This document shows positions 1 through 9,369 of a stretch of DNA of 64,000 bases, one piece after another; within the stretch, counting starts at the first letter, position 1, and every line of letters starts with the position of its first letter. This DNA is from a virus: IMG/VR virus record IMGVR_UViG_3300010392_000634; one strand, given 5' to 3'. Made by a program: the position numbers and the translations under genes. Under the pieces are notes generated by a model. It ran no database searches. It was not told the DNA's origin and saw nothing but the letters and a program-made list of their open reading frames with translations.

Positions 1-31
1 ATAAACTCTATAATGGGTAGAGGTATTAAAA

Positions 32-235
32 ATGTCAGTTTCGAATGGTTCCAAATCTGAGGTAGACATGCAAACATTCAAATATAAAGGCTGGTACATT
101 CATGAAAACTTTACAGACAATAGACTTGGAATTGAAATAGGGGTTATGGTTCAATCTCCAGACTATGAATTGATTACTGTTAAATCTATTCATGCTGCAA
201 AGTGTTTGATTACCAGACGCATCAAAAAGAAATAA
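32..235 (+). CDS. hypothetical protein
   Basis: 67-aa ORF; the minus-strand ORF 35..280 overlaps it and was judged less likely given the plus-strand gene polarity of the window. Confidence 0.4.
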   Translation: MSVSNGSKSEVDMQTFKYKGWYIHENFTDNRLGIEIGVMVQSPDYELITVKSIHAAKCLITRRIKKK

Positions 236-303
236 AATGGAAGAATTGATTTTTCTTAGTATTTGTGCTGCTGTATCCATTATCGAGTTAAATAGGAAAA
301 CAA

Positions 304-732
304 ATGATTGACTTGGAAAAAGTATTGCGTGGTTATGTTAATTGTGCCCTGTGGTCCACTACTGATGATGAAGAATGCACAGCGGAAGATATCGAGTACC
401 GTTGTGAAGAATGTGATGCGTGCAATAGTGATTCTTCTCTATCGGATAACGGATACACTTATGACGACATTGAATCTGACACTTTGAAAGATATGCGTAC
501 AGATGTATATGCTTTCGTTAGTGCCAACTATGATTACATCATGTGTTTATCTGACACATACAGAGAAGATGACGAAATGTTAGGGCATGACTTCTGGCTG
601 TCTCGCAATGGTCATGGTGCTGGTTTCTTCGACCGTGGAGAGGGTGCAATTGGAGATTTACTTCAAGAGAAAGCCAGAGAGTATGGGGAGTATTATCTGT
701 ATAGTGCTGTAAACGGACAGGTATGTAACTAA
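304..732 (+). CDS. hypothetical acidic Cys-rich protein
   Basis: 142-aa ORF with AGGAAAA-type RBS at 293-299; CEECDAC Cys cluster. Confidence 0.5.
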   Translation: MIDLEKVLRGYVNCALWSTTDDEECTAEDIEYRCEECDACNSDSSLSDNGYTYDDIESDTLKDMRTDVYAFVSANYDYIMCLSDTYREDDEMLGHDFWLSRNGHGAGFFDRGEGAIGDLLQEKAREYGEYYLYSAVNGQVCN

Positions 733-759
733 TCCTTTTTGAAGAAATGGTAAAGAACA

Positions 760-969
760 ATGTCTACACAAGAAATGCTTGGAGAAGTAATTTATCTTTT
801 CTCAAAAATGCCAGTCATCAATGAAGATACAGTTGTGGTATTTTACTGCGATGAGGAAAAATTTGAATTATCTATCCAGAAAGCACTTGACTGTCTCTAT
901 AATGATGTGATATACTTTGAAGAGTTCACATTGACAGATACAGATAGTATCGAAGTTGTTAATTACTAG
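760..969 (+). CDS. hypothetical protein
   Basis: 69-aa ORF ending in TAG; the next ORF (1012) is in the same frame with no intervening stop. Confidence 0.45.
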   Translation: MSTQEMLGEVIYLFSKMPVINEDTVVVFYCDEEKFELSIQKALDCLYNDVIYFEEFTLTDTDSIEVVNY

Positions 970-1011
970 TGTCATAGCTTAATAATCGGCATTGCAGCCG
1001 GGGGAGTAATC

Positions 1012-1236
1012 ATGAGAACTTATTTCATGTGGATGTGTGAGGATGGAGAGGGTGGCTATCGTCATACAGGGACGAATCAGACTTATGCTGAGTTTGGTAC
1101 TGCTGGCGATGCTGAAGATATGCTAGTTGCTTGTGGTTTGGTTGATAGAGCAATTAAAGAAAAATGGGTTCTTGTTTTATTTGAACTTAATCCTATTCCG
1201 GTAGATTTTGACAATTTGCCATATTACAATGAGTAA
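1012..1236 (+). CDS. hypothetical protein
   Basis: 74-aa ORF with RBS GGGGGAG upstream. Confidence 0.45.
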   Translation: MRTYFMWMCEDGEGGYRHTGTNQTYAEFGTAGDAEDMLVACGLVDRAIKEKWVLVLFELNPIPVDFDNLPYYNE

Positions 1237-1286
1237 AAATTGTTGCCATACGGAAACATGGCGTTGCATTAACAAGGAGTAGTAAT

Positions 1287-1541
1287 ATGATTAGACTACT
1301 AGGCACAATCAAAGTTACAGAGACTTACTCTGGTAAATCTAAATTTGACTTCTGGAAAGAAGTGCAAGTTGGTGATATTATTAGTGTGGAAATACCGATT
1401 AAACCAACAGGAAGTAATGGCGGTCGCATCTACTCGCCTCCACTGTTCCTACAGAATAAGAGCAATAATACAAACTTCTCAGGCGGGTTTAATGAAGTAC
1501 AGGTATATCTTAACAAGATTAAATACGAAGAGGTTAAATAA
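1287..1541 (+). CDS. hypothetical protein
   Basis: 84-aa ORF with RBS AAGGAG at 1273; the alternative-frame ORF 1345..1551 was rejected. Confidence 0.5.
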   Translation: MIRLLGTIKVTETYSGKSKFDFWKEVQVGDIISVEIPIKPTGSNGGRIYSPPLFLQNKSNNTNFSGGFNEVQVYLNKIKYEEVK

Positions 1542-1547
1542 AATAAG

Positions 1548-1577
1548 CTAGGAATACGCCTAAACTAACTGCAAAGG
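1548..1577 (+). repeat. 30-bp intergenic element CTAGGAATACGCCTAAACTAACTGCAAAGG, copy 1
   Basis: Exact 30-nt direct repeat of 1850..1879; both copies lie just upstream of a start codon and just after an AATAAAATAAGC motif. Confidence 0.6.
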
Positions 1578-1596
1578 GAAAATAAGGAATCGAAAA

Positions 1597-1782
1597 ATGA
1601 AAATTATTAAGGCAATCGGTTTTTTTATGTATTCTATAGCAATGATACTACCTATATTAATTTGCTATATGTTCTATGAAAGCGATTATTTCCGTATGTT
1701 TGTCTGGCTCACTGTATTGTATTACATAACCACTCCAGAAAGAGTCGGCCTGACGAATATGTTTACTGGAGAAAAACTATAA
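1597..1782 (+). CDS. small membrane protein
   Basis: 61-aa ORF with a hydrophobic core; preceded by the repeated 30-bp element. Confidence 0.4.
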   Translation: MKIIKAIGFFMYSIAMILPILICYMFYESDYFRMFVWLTVLYYITTPERVGLTNMFTGEKL

Positions 1783-1849
1783 TATAAGAATTGAATAAAA
1801 TAAGCGATGGGTTGACTGATAAGGTCAACGAATTCAGTGGAATAAACCA

Positions 1850-1879
1850 CTAGGAATACGCCTAAACTAACTGCAAAGG
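1850..1879 (+). repeat. 30-bp intergenic element, copy 2
   Basis: Exact copy of 1548..1577; preceded by inverted repeat GTTGACtgataagGTCAAC at 1811-1829. Confidence 0.6.
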
Positions 1880-1886
1880 AAAAACT

Positions 1887-2825
1887 ATGTGGAATGATAT
1901 CAAGCGAATCGACAGTTCTGAAAATGATGTATGTAAGTTTGTATATACAAACGATAGTGCTGTAGCTGAGAGCGTATTGTACAAATATCCAACATACGAA
2001 AAGCGAACTGTTATCTGTTGTTCTACAATGTCTGGATGTCCTGTAGGCTGTCGATTCTGTGGTGCTGGCGATTATTTCGTTAAAAGCCTGTCTGCGGCTG
2101 AGATTGTTAGCCAAGTTGAATATTCTCTTGAACAAACTGGCACGAATCCATTGACAATGGAACGACTACAGGTTATGTTTATGAGTATGGGAGAGCCATT
2201 ACTGAACCTGAAAAATTTGGCAGAAGCGTGTCGAATCTTGTACGCAAAATATCCGAATGTCGCATTGTTAATCAGCACAATCGGGCCTAAGATTGATTAT
2301 GAACCGTTGATGCAGTTAAGTGTAGAAATCCCCACTATCGGGCTACAATTCTCACTTCATGAATCAAACGATGAAGCAAGGGACAAACTTATTCCTTTTA
2401 AGGCAAAATTAGACCTAGATGGTATTGCACTTATCGGTGAGGGGTGGTATACTCGGACAGGCAGAAAGCCATTCTTTAATTATTGTGCTGCTGACCATAA
2501 TACATCAGACGAAGATGCTGATGCAATCATGTGTAGATTCCTTTCATCTGTATGGGAGTGTACAATCAGCGTAATATGTGAACGTAATGAGGGTATGCCT
2601 GCTAAGAATGCACACCAACAGGAGTTAGCCAGACAATTCAGTGGGAAGATGCTGGAACGTGGTTACAATGTTAGAGTATTTGACCCTGCTGGACAAGATG
2701 ATATTGGCGGTGGCTGTGGTCAATTATGGTTTGTTCAGAAATGGATGGAAGAACACCCTGAAAAAGCTAAAGCCAGTGTAGGCAATGGTTTACCAGTAAT
2801 TCATGTACCTATTTGTGGAAAGTAA
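1887..2825 (+). CDS. radical SAM enzyme, RlmN/Cfr-like RNA methyltransferase family
   Basis: CPVGCRFCGAG (CxxxCxxC) cluster and MSMGEPLLN motif, both characteristic of RlmN/Cfr. Confidence 0.6.
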   Translation: MWNDIKRIDSSENDVCKFVYTNDSAVAESVLYKYPTYEKRTVICCSTMSGCPVGCRFCGAGDYFVKSLSAAEIVSQVEYSLEQTGTNPLTMERLQVMFMSMGEPLLNLKNLAEACRILYAKYPNVALLISTIGPKIDYEPLMQLSVEIPTIGLQFSLHESNDEARDKLIPFKAKLDLDGIALIGEGWYTRTGRKPFFNYCAADHNTSDEDADAIMCRFLSSVWECTISVICERNEGMPAKNAHQQELARQFSGKMLERGYNVRVFDPAGQDDIGGGCGQLWFVQKWMEEHPEKAKASVGNGLPVIHVPICGK

Positions 2826-2826
2826 T

Positions 2827-3222
2827 ATGAAAACTGAACGACGTATAGAAATGGCAAGAAAAAAGAGTTGGTCCCAAGCTCAAGAAGAAATCACTTCTTA
2901 CATTGATGAGCGAGCCAAACACATTGACGGATACCAGAACAACAATGGATTTACTTTTAGTGACTGTTCACATACATCATTTAGTATCGCGTGGGCTGTT
3001 GAATGTAACCTGCGTGTTAACGGTGTGTCAGAACTAGTTACGCATGATGGAAAAGATTATATGCTAGTGACTGTTAGCTGCTCCGTTAATTGGAGTTCTA
3101 CTGGCAGAAGCATACCGTGTGCGTTAGCTGCTGTCAATCTGTATTCAGATGTCATCAATCTTGGTGCTAAGATTGAATCATACTTTAATAAGGAATACCT
3201 TGTGGAAGTAGAATGTTCTTAG
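2827..3222 (+). CDS. hypothetical protein
   Basis: Start moved to ATG 2827, downstream of the previous stop and in the same frame as ORF 2803..3222. Confidence 0.5.
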   Translation: MKTERRIEMARKKSWSQAQEEITSYIDERAKHIDGYQNNNGFTFSDCSHTSFSIAWAVECNLRVNGVSELVTHDGKDYMLVTVSCSVNWSSTGRSIPCALAAVNLYSDVINLGAKIESYFNKEYLVEVECS

Positions 3223-3284
3223 AAGATTTTACAGAAGAGTTATGCTGAGTTTCTTGATACTTTTAATAAGAAAGCAAAATAATT

Positions 3285-3539
3285 ATGTTCCCTGTATATA
3301 TTTCACTTTTCTTTGCTATTATGTTGTGCACATCAATTATGACAGTAGCAGCCATTGCTGCTGGCGATAAAAAGTTTGCTGAAAGAGCTGCTGTATATGG
3401 GAGTACAGTGGCTATTCTGAACCTCTTCCTATTACTACCATTATCTATCGCGTTATTGATTTACATGGTTTGTGCATATAAGAGAGTGTACACAGAAACA
3501 GCAAAAGAAATTGTGGAAAAAATCAAAGAAAGCATGTGA
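3285..3539 (+). CDS. small membrane protein
   Basis: 84-aa ORF with two hydrophobic helices. Confidence 0.45.
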   Translation: MFPVYISLFFAIMLCTSIMTVAAIAAGDKKFAERAAVYGSTVAILNLFLLLPLSIALLIYMVCAYKRVYTETAKEIVEKIKESM

Positions 3540-3545
3540 ATGCGG

Positions 3546-3580
3546 TTGACTTGGCCTTTTTTACCTGCTAAACTACTTGT
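3546..3580 (+). promoter_or_regulatory. putative sigma70-like promoter (TTGACT, 17 bp, TAAACT)
   Basis: Hexamers seen upstream of ORF 3606. Confidence 0.25.
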
Positions 3581-3605
3581 ATGACTTAACCAATTACACT
3601 TTTTC

Positions 3606-3812
3606 GTGAACATGAATGGATTGGATACTATTATGAGTGAGTGTGCTCGTACTGTATGTAACCACAAGGCAAAATATAGAATATTCAATAATCCATCTAC
3701 AGTTGAAGGATATAGAGAATACTGTACTTCTTGTTGGCGTGGTATCATTAAATACAATCCTGAACTCAAACATGAAAGAATAGAAAATGGCTCTGACTCT
3801 GGAACAACATGA
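3606..3812 (+). CDS. small Cys-rich protein
   Basis: 68 aa with CxxC-type pairs (CNHK ... CTSC). Confidence 0.4.
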   Translation: MNMNGLDTIMSECARTVCNHKAKYRIFNNPSTVEGYREYCTSCWRGIIKYNPELKHERIENGSDSGTT

Positions 3813-4293
3813 AGAATGGATGAAATATTCATGTCGTGCTTGCGGTGTTGGGAACTTGTACAAAGAATGGAATCTTCAATATTTTACAAGTATGCAGTCT
3901 GATAATACAGGCCATATTTTAGGTCAATGCCACACTGTGTTATATCCACACGACAAAGTTAAACATACAATTCGTCTACTTGATAATAGCATTATTCCCT
4001 CATGGTATACAGAAGAACATCAGCGTACAACTGTTATTCATGAAGCCTGTCATGCTATTACATATTACTATCTATTTAAAGAACATGGTCTTACAGAGTT
4101 AGCAATGAATCTAGGTGCCCAAATGGGAGGACATATAGATTTATGGTACAAATGTATGCGTAAATGCGGATATGAAAAACCAGAGGCGTTTGCTGAGGCT
4201 GACTCTGCCCCAAAATTCAAACAGAAAAAACTTTCATTATTTTTAGGAGATTTTAAGCATGCGACTAGACAACTTCTATCAAAAGCAGTATGA
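3787..4293 (+). CDS. hypothetical protein with HExxH motif (possible metallopeptidase)
   Basis: VIHEACHAI contains HEACH. Confidence 0.45.
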   Translation: MALTLEQHEEWMKYSCRACGVGNLYKEWNLQYFTSMQSDNTGHILGQCHTVLYPHDKVKHTIRLLDNSIIPSWYTEEHQRTTVIHEACHAITYYYLFKEHGLTELAMNLGAQMGGHIDLWYKCMRKCGYEKPEAFAEADSAPKFKQKKLSLFLGDFKHATRQLLSKAV

Positions 4294-4447
4294 TGCTGAA
4301 ACACAAGAGGTTGCTCGACAGGCAAAAAGCCTTCAAGATGACAATCCTGACCTAACTTGGGGCGAATGTATTCGTATTGCGGAGAAATGGAATGCAGAAA
4401 ACAAACGTTGATAAACTAAAAAATATTTGAAAATATAAGGAGAAAAA

Positions 4448-4687
4448 ATGAGTTTATTATCTTTTTGGGCTGGGTCGGCTGCATTTGGAGCTTTGCTTAT
4501 CTGTATTAGTACTGTATTAAGTTTTATATTTCATGGGACTTCAGATGAAAAAGATGCCCATATTGCGTGTCTAGTCGGTTTAGGACTTATATTTGCTCCA
4601 CTTAGTATTCCTTTACTTTTGCTTATTGGGGTCATCAGGAGTTTATATTTCACTTATAAGAGTGTTATGAAAAATATTGGAGAATAG
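4448..4687 (+). CDS. small two-helix membrane protein, tandem paralog 1
   Basis: 79 aa; similar architecture and a C-terminal ...GE tail to 4690..4938. Confidence 0.5.
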   Translation: MSLLSFWAGSAAFGALLICISTVLSFIFHGTSDEKDAHIACLVGLGLIFAPLSIPLLLLIGVIRSLYFTYKSVMKNIGE

Positions 4688-4689
4688 AA

Positions 4690-4938
4690 ATGAACTTTCC
4701 TTTGTTTGCGTGGGGTGTGGCCAGCTTATTCGGTGTTGTACTAATGGGGTCATCATTATTATTTCGTATTGCAGACCAGAATATGTCTGATAAAGATAAG
4801 CACGACTGTAATTTGATAAACTTGGGTGGTATCGCTTTGCTTTTGCTGCCAGTATCAATAGTTGCGTTAGTTATTTTTGGTTTTGTGCGTGGACTATTAT
4901 TTGTTGCCTCAGAAGCTAAGAAATTTTTTGGAGAATAA
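4690..4938 (+). CDS. small two-helix membrane protein, tandem paralog 2
   Basis: 82 aa; tandem duplicate of 4448..4687. Confidence 0.5.
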   Translation: MNFPLFAWGVASLFGVVLMGSSLLFRIADQNMSDKDKHDCNLINLGGIALLLLPVSIVALVIFGFVRGLLFVASEAKKFFGE

Positions 4939-4940
4939 AA

Positions 4941-5096
4941 ATGGTTGAAGTAGTTTACTTTGCTCTTAACACTGCTAACGGTATTCTTACTAGCATTATT
5001 GGCCAGTACGGTGAGCAAATGAAAGATGAACACAGAGAAAAGATTCATCAAATTACTAGAATCCTAGATGAACTCTCGTATGAGGTACGCAAATGA
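4941..5096 (+). CDS. small hypothetical protein (51 aa)
   Basis: ATG 3 nt after the previous stop with a GGAGA RBS; below the 60-aa threshold of the ORF track. Confidence 0.35.
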   Translation: MVEVVYFALNTANGILTSIIGQYGEQMKDEHREKIHQITRILDELSYEVRK

Positions 5097-5232
5097 ATAA
5101 TGAAGTTGGCAAGATTGTATTAGAAGCTATGAATAATCTTGCAAAATCACAAGAAATTTAGCATACAGCATTGACATAAAAATCCATTACCGTATAATAC
5201 ACGTATCAACATTACTCTTACAGGAGAAACAA

Positions 5233-5661
5233 ATGCAGTTCGTGTACAATGATGGTGGTCGCACTAAAAAAAGAACGAAGAAAACTAGAGATTGTGTTGT
5301 TCGTGCTATTGCAATTGCTACTGGAAAAGATTATGATGCAGTTGCAGATGAGGTAGTTCGTAGAGCTAACAGTGCCAGACGTAATAGTAAGAAGTCTCGC
5401 TCGTGTCCAGAAAAAGGCGTGTTTCGTGAGCTATACGAGCCAATGTTAGCTGAATGGGGATGGAAGTGGGTAGCAGTTAGCGGTATTGGTACTGGTTGTA
5501 AAATGCATATGCATGCTGATGAACTGCCTGATGCTACTATCATCTGTCGAGTATCTAAACACTTGGCCTGTGTTAAACATGGTGTATTACATGACACTTA
5601 CGATTGTTCCAGAGGTGGTACAAGATGTGTCTATGGTTACTTTATTAAGGAAAACGAATGA
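5233..5661 (+). CDS. hypothetical protein, possible Cys/His hydrolase
   Basis: RBS AGGAGAAACAA; Cys in DCVVRAIA and His/Asp in HLACVKHGVLHD suggest a papain-like triad (weak). Confidence 0.5.
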   Translation: MQFVYNDGGRTKKRTKKTRDCVVRAIAIATGKDYDAVADEVVRRANSARRNSKKSRSCPEKGVFRELYEPMLAEWGWKWVAVSGIGTGCKMHMHADELPDATIICRVSKHLACVKHGVLHDTYDCSRGGTRCVYGYFIKENE

Positions 5662-6080
5662 ATAATTATATTGTAGTTGACGTTGATGGATGTGATAAAA
5701 CTCAACAGCCTGTTCAAGTCGAAGTATACACTGACATGCAAGATGCATTGAAGGCAATTGATGGTAATAAAAAGTTGCTAAAAGTATTCGTTAACAATAC
5801 ATTCCACTGCGGAATTAAAAGTGGAAGGAGTGATTTCTTTGAGTGGTCAGTTGTCGGATACTCTGATGAGTTTATCTGTGAACAGGTAAATAAATACTAC
5901 GAAAACAAAACCTATATGTTGTCCGATTTGAAATATGGTGATAAGTTTCACTTCGGTGACAGTCACACACGTGTGTTAGTTGATGCAAGTCGTATCAAGA
6001 CAAAAAATGATGATATTGTATATATGCTTGGACATGAACTACATACTATGCATGATAGAAAGTGCTGGAGGTGCAGATGA
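5658..6080 (+). CDS. hypothetical protein
   Basis: 140-aa ORF with ATGA start/stop overlap with the previous gene. Confidence 0.5.
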   Translation: MNNYIVVDVDGCDKTQQPVQVEVYTDMQDALKAIDGNKKLLKVFVNNTFHCGIKSGRSDFFEWSVVGYSDEFICEQVNKYYENKTYMLSDLKYGDKFHFGDSHTRVLVDASRIKTKNDDIVYMLGHELHTMHDRKCWRCR

Positions 6081-6472
6081 AATACTATATTAAATGTGAT
6101 TCTCAATATGTTGTATACAGTGAGCCAGACCCATATGATGATTGGGACCAAGGCGAAGATGGTTATGAGGCACACGAATTTACTGTTAGTACAGAGACTG
6201 ATGGTTACCCTGACGAAACATTTGATACAGACATAGAAAAACCTTATTTTATTGCTGTAATTTATTCCACCGGATGTACTTTTGGTACAACTTATGGCGT
6301 AGTACAATATCTCGGTCCTTTTACTAAAGAGAAGGGAGAGAAAATCCATAAACAGTTGGAAGACAGCAATGGTGATAACTATGAAGGATTAGAGGGAGAT
6401 AATAAATACTTCTATCCTTACTGGATTGGATACTTCGAAAATTATCAAGAGTCTGTCCTGTTGGAAGGATAA
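6062..6472 (+). CDS. hypothetical acidic protein
   Basis: 136-aa ORF. Confidence 0.5.
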   Translation: MLEVQMKYYIKCDSQYVVYSEPDPYDDWDQGEDGYEAHEFTVSTETDGYPDETFDTDIEKPYFIAVIYSTGCTFGTTYGVVQYLGPFTKEKGEKIHKQLEDSNGDNYEGLEGDNKYFYPYWIGYFENYQESVLLEG

Positions 6473-6473
6473 T

Positions 6474-6746
6474 ATGTTAGCAAAGAAAAATGTAAGGCAG
6501 GGCGTCCGTATCGCTTTAACCAGAACATCTCCCCAATTACAATGCACTGTAAACGGGGGCGATACTGGATACATTACACATGATTGTATTGGTACAATTA
6601 ACATCAGGCGTTATTCAGATAGGTATCTGATTGCATTTGCGGAATACGATGATGGACGTATCAAGTATTTAGGAGATACATTGGATGGTAAAAAATGGCA
6701 CTACAATGATGATACTTTGAAAAAATTCAAAATTGTTAGCGAGTAG
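6474..6746 (+). CDS. hypothetical protein
   Basis: Start moved to ATG 6474, in frame with ORF 6426..6746, directly after the previous stop. Confidence 0.45.
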   Translation: MLAKKNVRQGVRIALTRTSPQLQCTVNGGDTGYITHDCIGTINIRRYSDRYLIAFAEYDDGRIKYLGDTLDGKKWHYNDDTLKKFKIVSE

Positions 6747-6815
6747 TATTTACATATCGTCTATTATCTAGTAAGATACATACATAACAAACAACATTAC
6801 TTTTAAGGAGATGCG

Positions 6816-6968
6816 ATGAAGACTTACGTTGTAATGCAGAGTATTCGTGGATTTGTGTTCAATGCTATGGTTACTCAAGACAAAACGCAGGCACTGGAAT
6901 TCGAAGACTATGACTATATTCAAATCTGGGAAGATGGTGAATTAGTCGATACTATCGGTGAAAACTAA
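6816..6968 (+). CDS. small hypothetical protein (50 aa)
   Basis: RBS AAGGAG at 6805; not in the ORF track (<60 aa). Confidence 0.4.
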   Translation: MKTYVVMQSIRGFVFNAMVTQDKTQALEFEDYDYIQIWEDGELVDTIGEN

Positions 6969-7250
6969 TTTTTAATACATGTCATAGCCTCACAATCACG
7001 ATTAGCTCCGAAAGAACAAAAAACGGCTTAAATTGTGTTTGAGGCTTGACATTTTTCTAAGCACAACAAAAATTCATTCAAAGGTTAAATGAAGTACTTT
7101 CATGAAACTTATCTTCAGTGTAGTAGTCGCAATAACTGCTAATACGTTTTTTAAATGGTTAAACCCAGAAGCAACAAATGTTGATATGCATATATGTTTT
7201 GAATTTCACTGTTTAGTTTCTTACATGATTATAAATTATTTGGAGAAAAA

Positions 7251-7700
7251 ATGAGTACACGTTCTAATATTGGTGTCGAGATTAATGGTATTGTTAAAGC
7301 TGTATATTGTCACTTTGATGGATATCTTGATGGTGTCGGTGAAACTCTAGTTAGACATTATTCTTCTAGAGAGCTGGCAGAACAGATTGTCAACCTTGGC
7401 CATTTGAGTTGTCTGTATGAAAATTCTGGAACACCGCCAGAAGGTCATTCGCATGATAATAAATTCACAGGATACACTGTAGCCTATCATCGTGATAGGG
7501 GTGAGGCTCTTGGCTGTAACTCCTACGCGACAAGACAACAGTACCTTGAAGATACCAGAGACTCTATATTTATTGAATACACATACCTCTGGGATGATGA
7601 AAAAGGATGGATGGTATTCTCAAAATATTTTGATATTGATGAGTTTGTACCATTTGATGAAGCAAAACGTATCGAAGCCAAACTGAACGAGGAGTATTAA
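7251..7700 (+). CDS. hypothetical protein
   Basis: 149 aa; RBS GGAGAAAAA; preceded by a ~280-bp intergenic region. Confidence 0.5.
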   Translation: MSTRSNIGVEINGIVKAVYCHFDGYLDGVGETLVRHYSSRELAEQIVNLGHLSCLYENSGTPPEGHSHDNKFTGYTVAYHRDRGEALGCNSYATRQQYLEDTRDSIFIEYTYLWDDEKGWMVFSKYFDIDEFVPFDEAKRIEAKLNEEY

Positions 7701-7703
7701 TAA

Positions 7704-8042
7704 ATGTTTAGTGCATCAGAAGCATTTAGTATGGCACAAAAAGCAAATAGCGACCTGAACTATACTAAGGTACAAAAAGAGATTGCCATTGTAATAGACA
7801 GGGTAAAGAAAGCTGCCGGTGATGGTAAATATCATATCGACCTTGGATACTTCTCAGATGATTTTTTCTGGTATGAAGGAACACATAAAGAGTCTGACTT
7901 GTGGCATCAATGCTGTAAAGAACTGCGTAACTCTCCATACAATTTCAAAGTAGAGGTAAAACAAGAAAATGAGGCTGGCTGTGGTCCATATGATGTGAGT
8001 ATTAACAGACTTTACACTAGGATTTCTTGGGGAAGTGAGTAA
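7704..8042 (+). CDS. hypothetical protein
   Basis: 112-aa ORF. Confidence 0.5.
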   Translation: MFSASEAFSMAQKANSDLNYTKVQKEIAIVIDRVKKAAGDGKYHIDLGYFSDDFFWYEGTHKESDLWHQCCKELRNSPYNFKVEVKQENEAGCGPYDVSINRLYTRISWGSE

Positions 8043-8119
8043 TATCAGTTGACCCCCACTTTTTATTCTGCTATACTATATTAAAATCAAAAAACTAGAC
8101 ATAGAGGAAAAGTTGATAG

Positions 8120-8491
8120 ATGAATACACACTCTGAAATCACTGCTGAAGACTTTTTTGTGCTTTTTGGCATAATTGCAATCGTTGGATTCTTGATTTTT
8201 GGAATTGTTTCTTGTAATATAGACGACAGAGATGGACAAGAATCAGCAAGGCTCGAAAAAGAAGTTAGTATGATTCTATTACAGGAATCTACTGAAGGAT
8301 TCGAAAGAGATGATGTATGGGGAAGCCCTGTAGAATATTCATACAAAGAAACTGACACTGGATATGTCGCATCTGCTAAATCTTGTGGAAAAGATAAGGT
8401 TTATGGTACTAGTGACGATATTATCCACATGACTAAAAAACACAAGCGTGAGAAAAACATTAAACGTATGGCGGATTTCTTATTCAAATAA
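8120..8491 (+). CDS. membrane-anchored hypothetical protein
   Basis: N-terminal TM helix FFVLFGIIAIVGFLIFGIV. Confidence 0.5.
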   Translation: MNTHSEITAEDFFVLFGIIAIVGFLIFGIVSCNIDDRDGQESARLEKEVSMILLQESTEGFERDDVWGSPVEYSYKETDTGYVASAKSCGKDKVYGTSDDIIHMTKKHKREKNIKRMADFLFK

Positions 8492-8591
8492 CACGGGGAA
8501 CTCTGTGGGAGTCAGCAGCTTTCATTAGGCTGAGTGTAGCTAGGTAGCCTGCTAAGCATCTAGTGTGATGGTTCGATTCCATCCCCCGTTA
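8492..8591 (+). ncRNA. tRNA-like element (atypical, ~100 nt)
   Basis: T-arm GATGG-TTCGATT-CCATC followed by CCCCGTT; a 5' CACGGGG can pair as an acceptor stem; too long for a canonical tRNA and sits in a gene-free gap. Confidence 0.3.
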
Positions 8592-8629
8592 ATATAAATG
8601 TAACTTTGATAGTGGGGAGTATTATTGAT

Positions 8630-8788
8630 ATGAATGATTCTTTATATAAGCGTCACAACGATGGAATGCGAGATGGTACGAAATATGACAAAAAATACAA
8701 ACATCTTAGGGATATTCTGAAGCGAGAAGTAGCCAAGATTGTCTGGGAATTCGAAGAAAATCAGGAGAAAGAATCAGATGACAGTTGA
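8630..8788 (+). CDS. small hypothetical protein (52 aa)
   Basis: ATG 8630 with GGGGAG RBS; the ORF track began at a TTG at 8606. Confidence 0.4.
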   Translation: MNDSLYKRHNDGMRDGTKYDKKYKHLRDILKREVAKIVWEFEENQEKESDDS

Positions 8789-8842
8789 CACAGAAGAAAA
8801 ATATGATTATATTACTACTATTGAACAGATTTAGGAGAAAAA

Positions 8843-9016
8843 ATGTATTTATTAATTTTCGAAGACATGTCAATGCAGCAATGTGTAGAGTTTAATCCTA
8901 AGTGGATTGAATATGTTTCTGATGGATACCTATCTGTCATGAAATTTGAACATGGTAAGTTCCTTGATATGGACGAAGATGGAAGTTGGTATGAGCCAGA
9001 AGTAATTGTAGAATAG
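8843..9016 (+). CDS. small hypothetical protein (57 aa)
   Basis: RBS AGGAGAAAAA; TAG stop followed in frame by ORF 9026 with no intervening stop. Confidence 0.4.
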   Translation: MYLLIFEDMSMQQCVEFNPKWIEYVSDGYLSVMKFEHGKFLDMDEDGSWYEPEVIVE

Positions 9017-9025
9017 GATAATCAC

Positions 9026-9220
9026 ATGCTGAGTGAATGGAAAGATATTGACCTAAGTGATGGTGAAAAACTTTTCAAAGCCAAAGATGATGCTGATATA
9101 GATTACTTATGGTCTTACATTATAAAACAGTGGTGGAGAATTAAAGATTTAGAAAAACATGTCGGCGTGGCATGTAATACTGTTAACTCTTTCCTTGGGG
9201 ATAGAAATGAAGAAGCGTAA
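9026..9220 (+). CDS. hypothetical protein
   Basis: 64-aa ORF. Confidence 0.4.
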   Translation: MLSEWKDIDLSDGEKLFKAKDDADIDYLWSYIIKQWWRIKDLEKHVGVACNTVNSFLGDRNEEA

Positions 9221-9368
9221 AGAGTCTCTTGGCTCTATTAATCCAAACAAGATGAAACTGAGCATCGGGCATCAGACACGTGAATCTGGATGCGGTGTGC
9301 ATTCCAACAAGCCTAAGCGTCAACGTACCCGTCAGGCAGTACGTGATGCTGTTTTAAAGGAATGGTGA
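9207..9368 (+). CDS. small basic protein (53 aa)
   Basis: Start moved to ATG 9207, in frame with ORF 9159..9368; Lys/Arg-rich. Confidence 0.4.
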   Translation: MKKRKESLGSINPNKMKLSIGHQTRESGCGVHSNKPKRQRTRQAVRDAVLKEW

Positions 9369-9369
9369 T

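Noticed and set aside
35-280. Minus-strand ORFs overlapping plus-strand genes throughout the window (35..280, 539..760, 1722..2135, 2072..2278, 3461..3863, 4068..4325, 4643..5051, 5331..5597, 5963..6349 and many more)
   Set aside because: Each overlaps a longer or better-supported plus-strand ORF that has an RBS and fits the near-uniform plus-strand polarity. The translated sequences are low-complexity or Cys/Ser-rich noise. Only 48818..49432 on the minus strand has real domain signatures.
760-1236. Programmed TAG read-through fusing 760..969 to 1012..1236, and 8843..9016 to 9026..9220
   Set aside because: These are not annotated as fused genes. With about 12 TAG-terminated genes, two same-frame neighbours with stop-free short spacers are expected by chance. 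They are mentioned only as a testable consequence of the CUA tRNA.
1345-1551. Alternative-frame ORFs 1345..1551, 10937..11218, 13528..13722, 17502..17742, 18102..18293, 24115..24312, 32051..32269, 40217..40423, 45491..45778, 56407..56601 and 61149..61388
   Set aside because: Each is nested in another frame of a longer ORF with a better RBS and recognisable protein-like composition.
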